Source of the DNA: Octopus vulgaris
Taxonomy: Eukaryota
Assembly: GCA_951406725.2 (NCBI GenBank)
Contig: OX597822.1
Span: 59,148,001-59,212,000 of the forward strand
Reading direction: 5' to 3'
Length of the DNA stretch: 64,000 bases
The notes under the pieces are model-generated. The model had not been told where the DNA came from and did not search any database. It saw nothing but the letters and a program-made list of their open reading frames with translations. The translations under genes were made by a program, and so were the position numbers. This document shows positions 27,580-42,733 of this stretch, piece by piece. Every line of letters begins with the position of its first letter. The first letter of the stretch is position 1.

Positions 27580-29248
27580 CACTGTCTTCTTATTTTCATT
27601 AGATGGCCAATATCTGCATGGGGCGGAAGAGGAAATAGTATTGAATCCGATATACCACTTAATTTTTATCGAGACTATAATGATAAGGAGCACTGTGGGA
27701 CCTCACTCAGATTTAAACTGAGAACATAGAGGGTGTTGAATTAAATAGTCAACTAACCATCCACACAATTTGTTCACATTAATAAGATTTTTATCTAATT
27801 TTAACCTGATACGTCGGTGAAATTCTTTCTTAGACCATAAGCCATAGTTAGAAGAAAAGTTTTTCCCCCTCTAAATGTTATTGATTATAACCAATCTACC
27901 TCTGATGAGTTACTCTAGATTTGAACACAGAAACACGAATCTCTGTATCTCTCTAATAACCTTGTAGTTATATTTTCAGTGAAGGTTAAATGTGATATTG
28001 AACATTCATTTCTTTTCAAGAAGCATGACAACCATATATCTATTACGTCACTAAAACCGTGTTACAAAGGCTAGGCAAAATGAGAAATTAAATTCGCTCT
28101 TATTACCCGCAGATCTTAGGCAAAGAACAAGAGGGTCTTAGCCTAAAATACCTCTCGGAACAAACTCCTTCCCAACATTTCCTCTTCATTACTCAACCAA
28201 CAGAAGTTAAAAAAGTTAACTATTTAGCACCGTTAGTATCGCTGGCACTATTAGTGCTGTTAGTATTTTATAGTATAATTAGTTTTGTTAGTGTTATTAG
28301 TATTATTAATAAGGCTGTGATCTTGCAGAATCGTAAGCATGCAGAACAAACTGCTGAGCGGAATTTCTTCCGGCTTTACGTTCTGAGTTCAATTATCATT
28401 AAGGTCAACTTTACCTTTCCTCCTTTCGGTGTCAATAAAAGCTGTAGGACCCAATGAATTTGACTTACTTTTCTCCTCAAAATTGCTGGCCTAGCACCAA
28501 GAATTAAAAGGAATTATTAGTATTGACCGTAACGATAATTTTGGTAGCAATTTATCGCTTTTCCAAGGAAGGATACTCTGTTCTTCTCTAGGTAACGGTA
28601 AACTAATGCTGTTTTGTAATTTTTTTTTTGTGGGAAAGCACAAGACTATTACTAGTTTCTTTTCTTCTTTTTATTAAAGAAATTTCTAACTTTAAACAAA
28701 ACAAAAAGTGATTTTAAATTTTCCATGCAAAGTACACTTTATTTTTGTTTGGCATTCTATACAAAGTAACATTTTGTTTAATCGTCTGTGCACCACGAAA
28801 TCAAACGGAATTAGAACCACTGAACAGAGAATTTGCAAAGGCTACAGGCACTGCCTCCTATCCTTAAGTTAAACGTAAAATGAAATAATAATAAAAAAAA
28901 CTAGAAAAATTAGCAGAAATAAATAAATGAATAATCAAACGTATGTTTTGCCATGTATGAGTCAAACAGATTTAGCTATTTCGTACATATTTAGACAAGT
29001 TTTTATCAGATAAGTGATCGCTGCACTAAGTCACCTCTGGGCTACATATGATATGCTCTGAGAGTTATTAATATCTGATTAACTTTGGGCGATAGATTAA
29101 AATCAATTTGACATTTGAACGGTGAGAGAAAAAAAAAAGCGATATCATACAAAAATAACTGACGAAAATATAGGTGTGGTTTAATTTAAGGAGTACATAT
29201 CTAGCCACATACACACACACACATACAAACGTATGTATGTATGTATGT

Positions 29249-29294
<46 letters not shown>

Positions 29295-29446
29295 GTGTGT
29301 GTGTATGTATATATACATATGTATATATACATATATATGCACACACACATACATGCACACACAATTTATGCAAGCGTAACACAGATGTATAGTCATGTAC
29401 GTTATAATGTGTGTGTGTTTGTTTGTGTGTGAGTGTGTGTGAGTGT

Positions 29447-29477
<31 letters not shown>

Positions 29478-29729
29478 CACGCATGCGTGTGTGATGCATG
29501 CATGATTGAGTGCGTATTTATCTTAATGTGCATGTACTTGTCGCCTGAAAGATCATACAGATTGAGAAACTTATTAACAACGAAGTGAATCATTAGCCTT
29601 GAATGAATTTAGATGAGGATGGAGTGTTGCTGATAAGTTATCAATACAGAGCTGAAACTGGTCCAGTAGGATTTGAACCCAGAATGCAAAAATACGTACT
29701 TAAATGCCGCAGAAATTTCTCTTTTAATC

Positions 29730-29890
29730 CAGATGAGTCCTGATCGAGTATATCAATGATCAAAGGCTTTCCAGTCGTGACCATTGCATCTTTTTGTATT
29801 GCTTGAGCTATAGAGCTTCCTAATTTTTTTAGACTGTAGAATGTGATTTAAAAGGAATTTGGCTGCTATTTGTAGCAAGTTGAGTGACCC
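29730..29890 (+). repeat. Old interspersed repeat (GATCAAAGGC.TTCCAG..GTGACCAT ... ATTTGGCTGCTATTT.TAGCA)
   Basis: Diverged copies near 1090-1250, 6850-6940, 20070-20200, 27250-27470(-), 43400-43590(-), 47960-48050, 48900-49065(-) and 52985-53150(-). Confidence 0.6.
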
Positions 29891-30639
29891 TGCCTTACAC
29901 ATGAGCTCTTGTTTTTTTTTTATATTGGCAGGAGTGTGGATACAACATCATACAAATTACATGCAATTTTATTGCGAGATCATGGTTATTACTGCCTGAA
30001 ATGTCTATTTGACAGGTCAGTCCTGATAGAACATAATTATGCTCAAAGACGTTCCAGTTGGCAGCATCCAGTTTTTAATTTCAGTAATACTATATTTTAG
30101 TCGATATATCTTTCCTTGTGTTTGTTTTTGCTTTTGCTACTGTTTCTCTTCATATTGGTGGGTCGTAAACTACTTTGAGAGTTATACAGGTCCAAAGTTA
30201 TACTCTTCACAATATATTTTTACAGGCTCATCAAAGAGTATGAAACAAGCCACTGTGTAAAGATTTCTATCGACACCAGGCTTCCATTTCTTTTTACTTC
30301 CAAATCATGGGTATTGGTGCTTCTGAATAACGAATGAGCAATGGCTTCGTATTGAAGTCTGTTGAAGAATTACTATTACCTAAGTGTCAAACGGTCTTCT
30401 CCGGCCTTGAATCCAGAAAACTTTATTTTCTTCTGGGGAAATGAGTGTGCTGGATGGCATTTTTTCCACAAAGTGCTTGTTTCATTTGCATATGGTCAGG
30501 GTGGTTGTCACTCTCGGTGATATTCTTAAGAACCGGAAAAAATCCTTGGATTTTTAGATGTCTATACTTGAAGCTTCTTATATATGTAGGTAACATACAT
30601 ACATAATTACATGCATACATATATCTTTGCGAGATCATG

Positions 30640-31310
30640 GTTCTACGCCTGAAATGTCTTGTTTCGGTCTTGACAGAGAGCAGCAACTCCAAAGATTATA
30701 GAAACCCACATGTTTCTGTCACAATTCCGGCGTCTATGACTACATTTGATAGCATTGTCTGTCAGTGTTGTCCTGGTGCTGTTTTCCGTTAATTTTGTTT
30801 TTCATCTGTAAGCCATGGTGAATCCTCTCATGTCCTAAAACCTCGACCATATTCAAGTCTCTAGCGGGAGGATATCGCCAGCAATGTCCACCTATCTTTC
30901 ACTGCTTATATACAGAGACTTCACGTCTCTCTTGTTGGCGTCCTTGGAATGAAGACTGGGTCGTCATTCTGTTCTCTTACCAGAGGTGAATTCACTTTTC
31001 GAGAGACGTTTCGGAATCCTCCCATCAGACATTATGTGTACTGTGTACGTCAGTGGAGGCCCAGTTGATGCAGTTGAATGGAGATGTTTTATTCTAGGCG
31101 TACCAAGACATCATTGTTGGTCACACAGCCAGTCCACCTGATGACTAGGATCCACCTCAAGCTGCGTGGGTGGAAGGCGTTGAAATGCTCCTCTTGAATG
31201 AAGAGTATGCTCCAGTCCCCACTGCTGTTAAGTAGTGTGCTGAGGACGATAGCCCAGTTGATTGCATTCTTGGTGTGCACCGCTAGCTTATTGCAATATT
31301 GTCACCGTGT
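30640..31310 (-). pseudogene. Decayed RTE-clade LINE 3' region
   Basis: FNAFHPRSLRWILVIRWTGCVTNNDVL resembles the RTE post-RT motif LNAFH.RCLR.IL.I.W...VTN..VL. Confidence 0.6.
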
Positions 31311-31404
31311 GGCAAGAAGTAATTGCAACAACTTCTTTATCGATGTTGTGTGTGTGTGAAATGTGTTGTGTGTGTTGTGTGTGTGTGTGTGGCATCAGTG
31401 TGTA

Positions 31405-31598
31405 AATGTTCTATGTTGACATAGTTTTCTCCCTTCGGCAATTACAAGAAAAATGCAGAGAGCAAGAGCAACCGTACTACAACTCTTTCGTTGATCTCAC
31501 GAAAGCTTTCAACCGCCTGCGAACCGACGGCTTGTTTAAAATCCTTGCCAAGGTTAGGTGTCCAACGAAGTTAATCAGAGTCATTCAGTGATTCCATA
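31405..31598 (+). pseudogene. RTE-clade reverse transcriptase fragment
   Basis: DIVFSLRQLQEKCREQEQPYYNSFVDLTKAF. Confidence 0.85.
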
Positions 31599-31674
31599 GA
31601 AACACACACATAAACACACACACACACACACACCACACTCACATGCACATATGCACACACACATACACACAGAT

Positions 31675-31826
31675 TGGCTGTGTGGTAAATAGCTTGCTTA
31701 CCAACCATATGATTCCGGGTTCAGTTCCTCTGTGTGGCACCTTGGGCAAGCGTCTTCTACTACAGTTTCGGGCCGACCAAAGCCTTGTGAGTGGATTTGG
31801 TAGTCGGAAACTGAAAGAAGCTCTTC

Positions 31827-31890
<64 letters not shown>

Positions 31891-32115
31891 ATGTGTGTAT
31901 GTTTGTGTGTCTGTGCTTGTACCCCTCGCTACCGCTTTACAACCGATGTTGGTGTGTCTACGTCTCCGTAACTTAGCGGTTCGACAAAAGAGACCGATAG
32001 AATAATAAGTACTAGGCTTACAAACAATAAGTCCCGGGGTCGATTTCTTCGACCAAAGGCGCTGCTCCAGCATGGCCGCAGTCAAATGACTGAAACAAAT
32101 AATATAATAAAAGAA
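31675..32115 (+). mobile_element. SINE family B
   Basis: TGGCTGTGTGGTAA A box, GGTTCAGTTCC B box, tail CCAGCATGGCCGCAGTCAAATGACTGAAACAA. Confidence 0.88.
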
Positions 32116-32122
32116 TATACTC

Positions 32123-32155
<33 letters not shown>

Positions 32156-32965
32156 TACATACAGATCTGTTTGTGTGTCTGTGTTTGTACCCCCAACTTC
32201 GCTTGACAACCGATGACTGAAACAAGTAAAAGAGTAAGAGGACCAAAGGAATATTCAATGCATCAGCTAGGATTTCTTGCTTGTTCACATTTATGTCAAC
32301 GAATCACTCAAGTGAACATGTTCTGCATACTGAGCGTGTTTTATGGGGTTTCACCTTCGTTGATACGTTAAATAACTGTCTACGTTTCTAATTACATCTC
32401 ATACACCATGCAATCGGTGTAAAAATATTATAGCAGTCATTCAGTGAGAGGAATGGTTGGTATCCTGGGTAATATAAAAATGAATTACCACTAACATTAA
32501 AAGATTGTCTGCATAAACGCCTACATACACAAGCACAGATGCATACTCACAGAAATATATGTTATATATATGTGTGTGTGTGTGTATGTGTATGTGTTTG
32601 TGTTCACATACACATAAGCAAAGATACACACAAACACACACTACCCATATTGTTGTCCTTTCACAATAGTGCCACATGTTTTCTTTCTTTCTAGGTTAGT
32701 TTGAGGCGGAGAGGCAGTACCAGTGACCTTGGGGAGCTATCTCGCAGAGTAGTGTGGTAGGAACTGTAGTTGGTTAGTTGACGCCAATTTATACCATCAG
32801 TCTGTATATTACGCGTGTATATATACACTTGCACGCATATAAATGCATCCAGCCATACATACATACATAGGTATGCAGGTTTGGTAACGCAAACAGAAAT
32901 AGAACTCAAAACATGGGTGTGTATATATACGTGTGTGTGTATATATATATATATATATAATATTT

Positions 32966-33054
<89 letters not shown>

Positions 33055-33064
33055 ATATATATAT

Positions 33065-33104
<40 letters not shown>

Positions 33105-33204
33105 TAATATAACATATAATATATATATAATATATATAAATATAATATACATATAATATAATATATATATTATATGATATATATATATATATATAATATG
33201 TATA

Positions 33205-33248
<44 letters not shown>

Positions 33249-33936
33249 ATCTTTTTCCCTATTTGTCTCCGATTACGGGTTATCCCATACTTTGGGATAT
33301 CCCAGAAACAGCTGTAAGACTTTAAATTATTCCAATAATAATAACGTATATGGCTCGAGATGTTGGTCTTGCGTTAGCGTTTGTTGTCCTTTTTAACAAT
33401 TATATATATATACATATACATATATATATATATACGTACATGTGTGTGTGTGCATGTACATACTCTGCATGCTACAAAGCGGTTATGTGTGAATATGTTT
33501 TCCGTAAAGGTGAGGACGAGTTATTAGCCTTTCTTGGATTTGTGATGATCCCAAATCCAAGAAAGGCTAATAGACATGTATCCCTTTAATTCCCAAGATG
33601 CAACCGAAATCATCGATTATATAATTCTGTGTAAGTTTTTACACATGTCAACAACAGCTGCCTCCAAACTATTCATCATGACACTAGCTCCCATTGGGAC
33701 AAGTTATTTTTGCTAAAAGAGTGTATAATACTTTCCATGTGAAAGACTGTCTTGGGATAAAAATAGGCAATTCTCCTGGCACTGAATACGTACAATTATA
33801 CATATCAACACAAAATATATTGGTGAAACATTTGCATTCAAACTTCTGCCAAGTATAAACATAACATGCCTGACAAAGTTGTTTGGAACGGGAAAGAAAA
33901 ATGATGTACAATTATAGAGGTTAGTTGTCCTGCAGA

Positions 33937-34197
33937 AGGCGCAGGAGCGGCTGTGTGGTAAGTAGCTTGCTTACCAATCACATGGTTCTGGGTTCAGTCC
34001 CACTGCATGGCGCCCTGGGCAGGTGTCTTCTACTATGGCCTCGGGCCAACCAAAGCCTTGTGAGTGGATTTGGTAGACGGAAACTGAAAGAAGCCCGTCG
34101 TATATATGTATGTGTGTCTTTGTGTGTGTGTGTGTTTGTCCCCCCGACATCACTTGACAACCGATACTGGTGTGTAAAAGAGTAAAAGAGTAAAGAG
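33937..34197 (+). mobile_element. SINE family B, internally deleted
   Basis: Full head AGGCGCAGGAGCGGCTGTGTGGTAAG; jumps to the (GTAAAAGA)n tail. Confidence 0.85.
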
Positions 34198-34543
34198 TAT
34201 ACGTATCATACAAAATTAGCGAGATGGAGAATATTTATGGACAACTGGTTCGAATCTTGCAGCTTCTCTACCCTCATTGTAAGTTCGCATACTTACTAAT
34301 AAGTATTTGAGCTTTCGACTATGTTAGTAAATGTCTAAGATTTTCAAGCTGACGCAAAGATTGGATAACATACACCTTACAAATACAGTCTGTAAGTCGA
34401 ACAGTAAAAATATACAAGACCCTTCTAAAGTTCACCTTTTAACTCTTATCGCAGTTGTTATCGAAATACCTGCGACAGAGCTTTGTTTCATTGTTAGAAA
34501 CCACTTCCTTAGTGATAGAAAAAACTTAAACAACTAAGAAGGG

Positions 34544-34581
<38 letters not shown>

Positions 34582-35563
34582 CACACACACACATTTGAAT
34601 ACATACCCACACCCTTACGCAGATAAATATTATACACGTATAGACAAATGCATGCACGTAAACATGCACATACGTACAAGTATGCGTGTTGAAATATCAA
34701 GCTTTCTCTGCGCATATAAACCTGCAGCCGTGTACACATTAACACACGCACGTTTTTCCAGATATGTTTTTACCTAGATGTGTAGGGAGCTGAAATAAAT
34801 AACATCTTAATTAAGAATACAACGTAATCCTTTTACAATTGCTTTCTGCACTGCTGTCTTCATTTGAATTGGTTGGACTCTTTCCAATCATCTTCAATAA
34901 ATGCAATGGAACATTTCCTTTAATCATAAATCATCCTTAACTTTTTCCGGAGTCTTAACCTGAGAAAAAATATCCAAGACCGATTAACAACCCCTTACTT
35001 ACAAAATTCCTTCGACTTCGAGCCAAACTCTCAACTTCTCCGATGCAACTATGATACACTTTCCTTTCAAAACAGGCTGATACTACGTCTTTAGAAAACG
35101 TGATGATTACGACCTTTGAACATAGAGCTTCTCGATCAGAACTGATCTGGGGCTGAGCTATAAATCTTATTGCACAACATGCATACCTCATCTTTGAAGA
35201 GGTTCTGAAATGGGAAGGAGCTGAGATGATGTTGACTTGATTGATGTGATTTGTTATTAATGGACGTAAAGTTCATCAGTCATTAGTCAGTTATTGTTTG
35301 CTATAAACCATGTAAAGTTCCATTGCACGCTTAATGAGGCGTATTATAAAAATATTGTAGGCGTAGTCACTAATAGCCCGAGAGTGAACAGGCTGTACGG
35401 GTTCCAGTGTTTATCAGTAGTTACACATACACACCTACACGCACACACACGCATACACAAGAAGGATTTTGCGTGTTTATCTGCATATATACATATATGC
35501 ATACACCCACATTTATTTGCATGTGCATGAGACTTTCTCTTTCATTCTCTTCCCCTCTCTGTC

Positions 35564-35599
<36 letters not shown>

Positions 35600-36511
35600 G
35601 TGTGTGTATGTGTGTGTACATACATACACACTCACACATACAGTAACTCATTCACAATACATATGTATATGTGTGTGTTGCCCTAAAATAAATATATACA
35701 ACCCTCTCACGCAGTGATGTTCATATATGCTTCATTATGTAAAGTTGGTGGCAGCAGTTGTAGAACTAGTCACAGATATAAAGACAACTTGGTAATTAGA
35801 ACAATTGTGTCAAACGAACACTTTGTAGTTGAATGTTAAGTTGTAGGTAAATAAATATAAGTGAGAAGAGGGAAACCTTGGTTCTATTGCAAATATGTAT
35901 TACATCTGGATAATTCAAGGGGTGACAATTCTGAAATGTTCATTTCTGTATATGCTCGTGTATAAGGTGCTCTCGCGTATAAGTAGCTCTTTACTTTAAC
36001 AAACCAGGCCATGAATCATGCCAAGCTGTAGTATAAAACCTGCAATCAGCTATAATCATCACCGGTAAAAAATATCAAGGCCAGAGTGCAATTTCAAGAT
36101 ATCTAGGTTACATGCCAAGACCAAGTGAAAAGCGCCCTGCTAGTTATTTTAGAATCAATAATTTTATTGTCATTTGATGTGATAACATTTTCAAAGTGAC
36201 ATTTCTTGGAATTTTATGTAATATAGGGATGGCAATTATGTTTGAAAATGGTTTGTTCATTATTGAGAATTGCCCTACATTTTTCTTCTCGTGATCAAGA
36301 AGCTAATGTATGTTCAACGGGTACTTCTAAGTTTCGTTTTGCACTGTAAGAATAAATGAACACAAAATCTTATATGGGGCAAAATAAAATGCATTCTATT
36401 GATTTTTTGTTTGTTCTTGCTTTAAACGCAATTTTTTAATATTTGTTTTCAAATAGGTTGCAAGTATACTCACATACATACGTGCACAAATGGAATTTCA
36501 CTAACTCTCGC

Positions 36512-36553
<42 letters not shown>

Positions 36554-37527
36554 ACACACACACACACACATATACACACATACACACGCAAACACACGAA
36601 ATATTAATTGAAATTCATCATCACTGCTGTCCTTTAAAAGCTGAGTGGTCTGCTCTTGTGTTACCATATCATCACTCAGGTAATCAATATTAATTTCAAA
36701 TTTGATACAAGACCAGCAATTTCGAGGATGGGGGCCGATTACATCAACCACCATTGCTCAGTTGTTACTTTTGTTATCGACCCCGAAAGTATGGAAAGTT
36801 AAGTCGACCTCGGCGGAGTTTGAACTCAAAACGTAAAGACGGATGGCATGCAGCTAAGCATTTTGCCCGGTGTGCTAACGATTCAGTCAACTCGCTGCCT
36901 GAAGTTGATCATCAATAGTGTTGTCAAATCTGATGATAACGTCTGATTCCCCATCTCTCTCTACAGTGCTGTCAAATGCATTGGATATGGAACTTCACTC
37001 GAGAGTCTTGCTGATGATTTGTGGGTCAAGAACATCTACATAGTCGTATTTCACTTGGTAACGAGAGAGAAGGAGAGAGAGGGGGAGGGAGAGAGAGCGA
37101 GGGAGATGGGGGTTCTGAGAGAGAGAGAGAGACAGACAGACAGAGAGATGGGGGTCCATGCCGTCCATTGTATTCATAGCTTAGGAATTTTGTAATTCTC
37201 CGGATAGTTCAACCAAACATCCGGTAGCTGCAACATTGATGTCAACCTACCTGTTATCACAGCGTTGCATGCATATTGCACCCGTTTCTTTGATACAGTC
37301 AACAAGATGCACACGAAACACGACCCACATCAATAGGCTGCAATTTTTGCTTATATATATATAAAATATATTTTTATTAATATTTAGCAGAAGTAACAGA
37401 GTGTCTCCAGGTCGGTCATATATACATACCTGTATATAAATAAAATACACACACACATACACTCACACACATATATATCTATATACACAAACATACATAA
37501 ATGTGTGTGTGTGTGTATATATATATA

Positions 37528-37904
37528 GTGGCACTCCGTCGGTTACGAAGACGAAGGTTCAGTTGATCCGATCAACGGAACAGCCTGCTCGTGAAATTAA
37601 CGTGCAAATGGCTGAGCACTCTACAGATATGTGTACACTTAACGTAGTTCTCGGGGAGATTCAGCGTGACACAGAGTTTGACAAGGCTGGCCCTTCGAAA
37701 TACAGGTATAGCAGAAACAGGAAGAAAGAGTGAGAGAAAGTTGTGGTGAAAGAGTACAGCATGGTTCGTCACCTCACCCTGCCGGAGCCTCGTGGAGCTT
37801 TAGGTGTTTTCCCTCGATAAACACTCACAACACCCGGTCTGGAAATCGAAACCTCGACCCTACGACCGCGAGTCCGCTGCCCTAACCACTGAATCATTGC
37901 GCCT

Positions 37905-37906
<2 letters not shown>
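37528..37906 (-). mobile_element. tRNA-derived SINE, family C head, second tail type
   Basis: Head matches 1640-1854; tail matches 2560-2680. Confidence 0.85.
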
Positions 37907-37950
<44 letters not shown>

Positions 37951-38121
37951 GTATACATGCACACATACATAAATGTAATGTATATGAGTGTGTGTATATG
38001 CGTATGTACATAAGCATAAATCTACTTTTATTCCTGGATACACAAAATACGCTTGCGTAATCAGATGCACGTGAATAAACAAACTTCCTGTTTCTCTCAT
38101 ACACTTACATCAAGGTGGTAC

Positions 38122-38191
<70 letters not shown>

Positions 38192-38522
38192 ATACACACA
38201 CACACGTACACGCACATGCGGGTATACACACATTACGCAAGAACCTGCCACACACAGATTCACTCACCACACCTTTCTTTACATCGACCAACCTGTTTCC
38301 CAAGGGCTTCTCTAAAAAAACGAGAGGTATACACCCCTTCCTTCTATGCACGTGATGTTGCTGAAAGGGAAGAGTGTGAGGCGGCATTATCTCTCTCTCT
38401 CTCCCCCTCTCTCTCTCTCCCCCTCTCTCTCTCTCTATCCCTCTCTTCTACAATTTTTCTGACTCTCATGCACTGACTAGATCTTCTCTCTGTTGAGAGT
38501 ACGTACAAATTTGGAGTTCGTC

Positions 38523-38609
<87 letters not shown>

Positions 38610-38932
38610 GGAGTGTGTGAGTGCATGTATATATACGTGTATGTATGTATATATATATATATATGCACACACACACATACTTCTATATTTATATATACAC
38701 ATACACGCACATACAGACACACTAAAACACCTACACGCATACACATCGCCCCCACCACACACACACTTACATAACTACCTAGATGAAGCTGTTCTAAATT
38801 CCAACGAAGGAGCCCAGTTTCAGGTTTGAAGATAAATTCTTTATTGTTTGTGGATGCGAACATAATTCGTATAATTGGATGAGCAGCATAATTCCGAACG
38901 CACACGTACGTACGTACGTATATATATATATG

Positions 38933-40125
<1,193 letters not shown>

Positions 40126-40699
40126 CATACATACGTATATACATACATATACATGTGCATACATCATATAGTCATATAGATGCATATGTATATATATATA
40201 TATATATATATATCGTATATTTAATATATGTGTATATATAATTTATGTGTATATATATTAATATTTATATATGTATTAATGAATTAAGTAAGTAATTAAT
40301 TAATTGATGTATATAATTAATTACTAGAAGCAATACACGGCGTCGTAATATTTAGAAATGTAAGGAAAGCTTAGACACGTCTGTTTCTAGTAAACATTGA
40401 CTATTGCAATGTTGGGAAAGGTAGACGCCGTGGTTATGCCTCAGACATTTTCTTTCTTAAGCCAGACTAAAATGTATAATTGCTACAATCACACACACAC
40501 ACACATTTAGAAAGAGAGAGAATGAGAGAGACATAGTGTGTAGGAGAGAAATAATGTGAGAGAGAGTGAGAGTGAGAAAGAAAGAAAGATAGAAAGAAAG
40601 ATAGAAAGAAAGGAAAATAGAAATGAAGAAAGATAGAAAGAAAGAAAGAAAGATAGAAAGCAAGAAAGAAGTGTTGAACAAAATATATTCGTGTAACGT

Positions 40700-41265
40700 C
40701 ATATTCAAACCGTTCGAGTGCTGTACACGGACACGAGAAGACCCTCCGCTGCGGAGAGAGCCCCAGGAGAAAGTTCTTTCTGTTATTTATGTGCTGGGAA
40801 TGACGTCATTGGATAGTAGGACACGTATTTTTGTATCGTCTCACTGCGTCACCTGCGAATACTAGGTCTGTTATTCATAGTCCGTTATGAATGGAATTAT
40901 TCTTATTAAAACAGTATACGGAAGATACGTTAGCGTGTGAAAAGCTTGGTCAAGCTAGAATTAAATAAATAATGTCGCACGAAGCAGTGTTACATGAAAT
41001 ATATTCATATAAAATCATAGTCAACACGTTCGAGTGCAAAAGGATGTGAAAAAACTTTCCGGCTGTCAATCACAAATCTGATGTTCGTTAGCTGACCAAT
41101 TGACACAACACAGAAACGCTTATGTCCTACAATCAAGTAACGTCATTTGGAGCCATCTTGTATTTTTACACGTGTCTATGAGGGGAATTTTCCCCCAGGA
41201 TAATCTTCACAGCAGAAAGTTTTTTCACGTCCGAGTGCAACACTTGAACGTGTTGAATATGAATA
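40700..41265. repeat. Degenerate inverted/direct repeat cluster (MITE-like)
   Basis: CATATTCAAACCGTTCGAGTGCTGTACACGGAC at 40700 vs its reverse complement at 41228-41262; a third partial copy at 41022-41060. Confidence 0.55.
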
Positions 41266-41271
41266 TAAATG

Positions 41272-41338
<67 letters not shown>

Positions 41339-41481
41339 GTGTGCGCGCGTGTGTGTGAAAGAGAGAGAGAGAGAGATAGACTCTGTGTGTGAGAGAGAGA
41401 GAAAGAGAGAGTGTGTATGTGTTTCAAAGAGAGCGAGAGTGTGTGGGAAAGAGAGAGAGAGAGAGAGAGAGAGCGAGAAAG

Positions 41482-41516
<35 letters not shown>

Positions 41517-41971
41517 CGGAAAGAAGGAAAGAAAGAGAGTATGTAGAGAACGATGGAAGTGCTAGGATCTACGAGAATATAACCGCATGAAACATGTGAC
41601 CGTGCTAACCACTTCATCATAAATTCAATAGTCAAAATTAGAGGTCTTAACCTAACAAGCTAGAAATTCTCATATAATTGGCCTGCCAAGAGAAAACTCA
41701 GTCCGTAGCGTAGTACTTACTCTATCTGTCACTTTGGCCGAACCGCTAAGTTACGGGGACATAAACACACCAGCTTCAGTTGTCAAGCGGTAGTGGGGGA
41801 CACACTTAGGTGGAGGGACAAACACACACACACACACATATACATATATACATACATGTATACACACACATGCACACACACACACACATGCACACACACA
41901 CACACACATATATATACGACGGGCTTCTTCCAGTTTCCATTTACCAGATTCACTCACAAAGCTTTGGTTTT

Positions 41972-42556
41972 GGCACAAGACCAGCAGTTTTGAGGAAGGG
42001 GCTAAGTTGATTAAATCTACCCCAGTGCTTAACTGGTAGTTATTTTATCGACCCGAAAGAATGCGACACAAAGTCGCCCCCGACGTAATTTGAACTCAGA
42101 ACGTAAAGACGGACGAAATGCCGCCAAACATTTCGTGCTGTGTGCTAACGATTCTTATTTCTTTAGTGCCCACAAGGGGCTAAACATAGAGGGGACAAAC
42201 AAAGGTATTAAGTTGATTACATCGACCCCTGTGTAAATGGTACTTAATTTATCGAGCCCGAAATGATGAAAGGCAAAGTCGACCTCGGCGGAATTTGAAC
42301 TCAGAACGTAGCGACAGACGAAATACCTATTTCTTTACTACCCACAAGGGGCTAAACACAGAGAGGACAAACAAGGACAGATAAACGGATTAAGTCGATT
42401 ACATCGACCTCAGTGCGTAACTGGTACTTATTTAATCGACCTCGAAAGGATGAAAGGCAAAGTCGACCTCGGCGGAATTTGAACTCAGAACGTAGCGGCG
42501 GACGAAATACCACCAAGCATTTCGCCCGGCGTGCTAACGTTTCTGCTAGCTCACCG
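41972..42556 (-). mobile_element. Cluster of three head-to-tail family A SINE units
   Basis: Same core near 42075, 42280 and 42465; one junction is identical to those at 17.5-17.7 kb. Confidence 0.9.
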
Positions 42557-42635
42557 TCTCGTGGCATACCGATGTGGAAAAGTATTTTTCTGACTTATGA
42601 TTTCTTAGACGGCTGTATGAATCGTTTGTCTATGC

Positions 42636-42668
<33 letters not shown>

Positions 42669-42702
42669 CATACGTACATACATACATACATACATACATA
42701 CA

Positions 42703-42733
<31 letters not shown>

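Noticed and set aside
27900-27950. CTGATGAG...GAAAC hammerhead candidates (also 8520, 16230, 43820)
   Set aside because: Stems or cleavage triplets cannot be completed convincingly.
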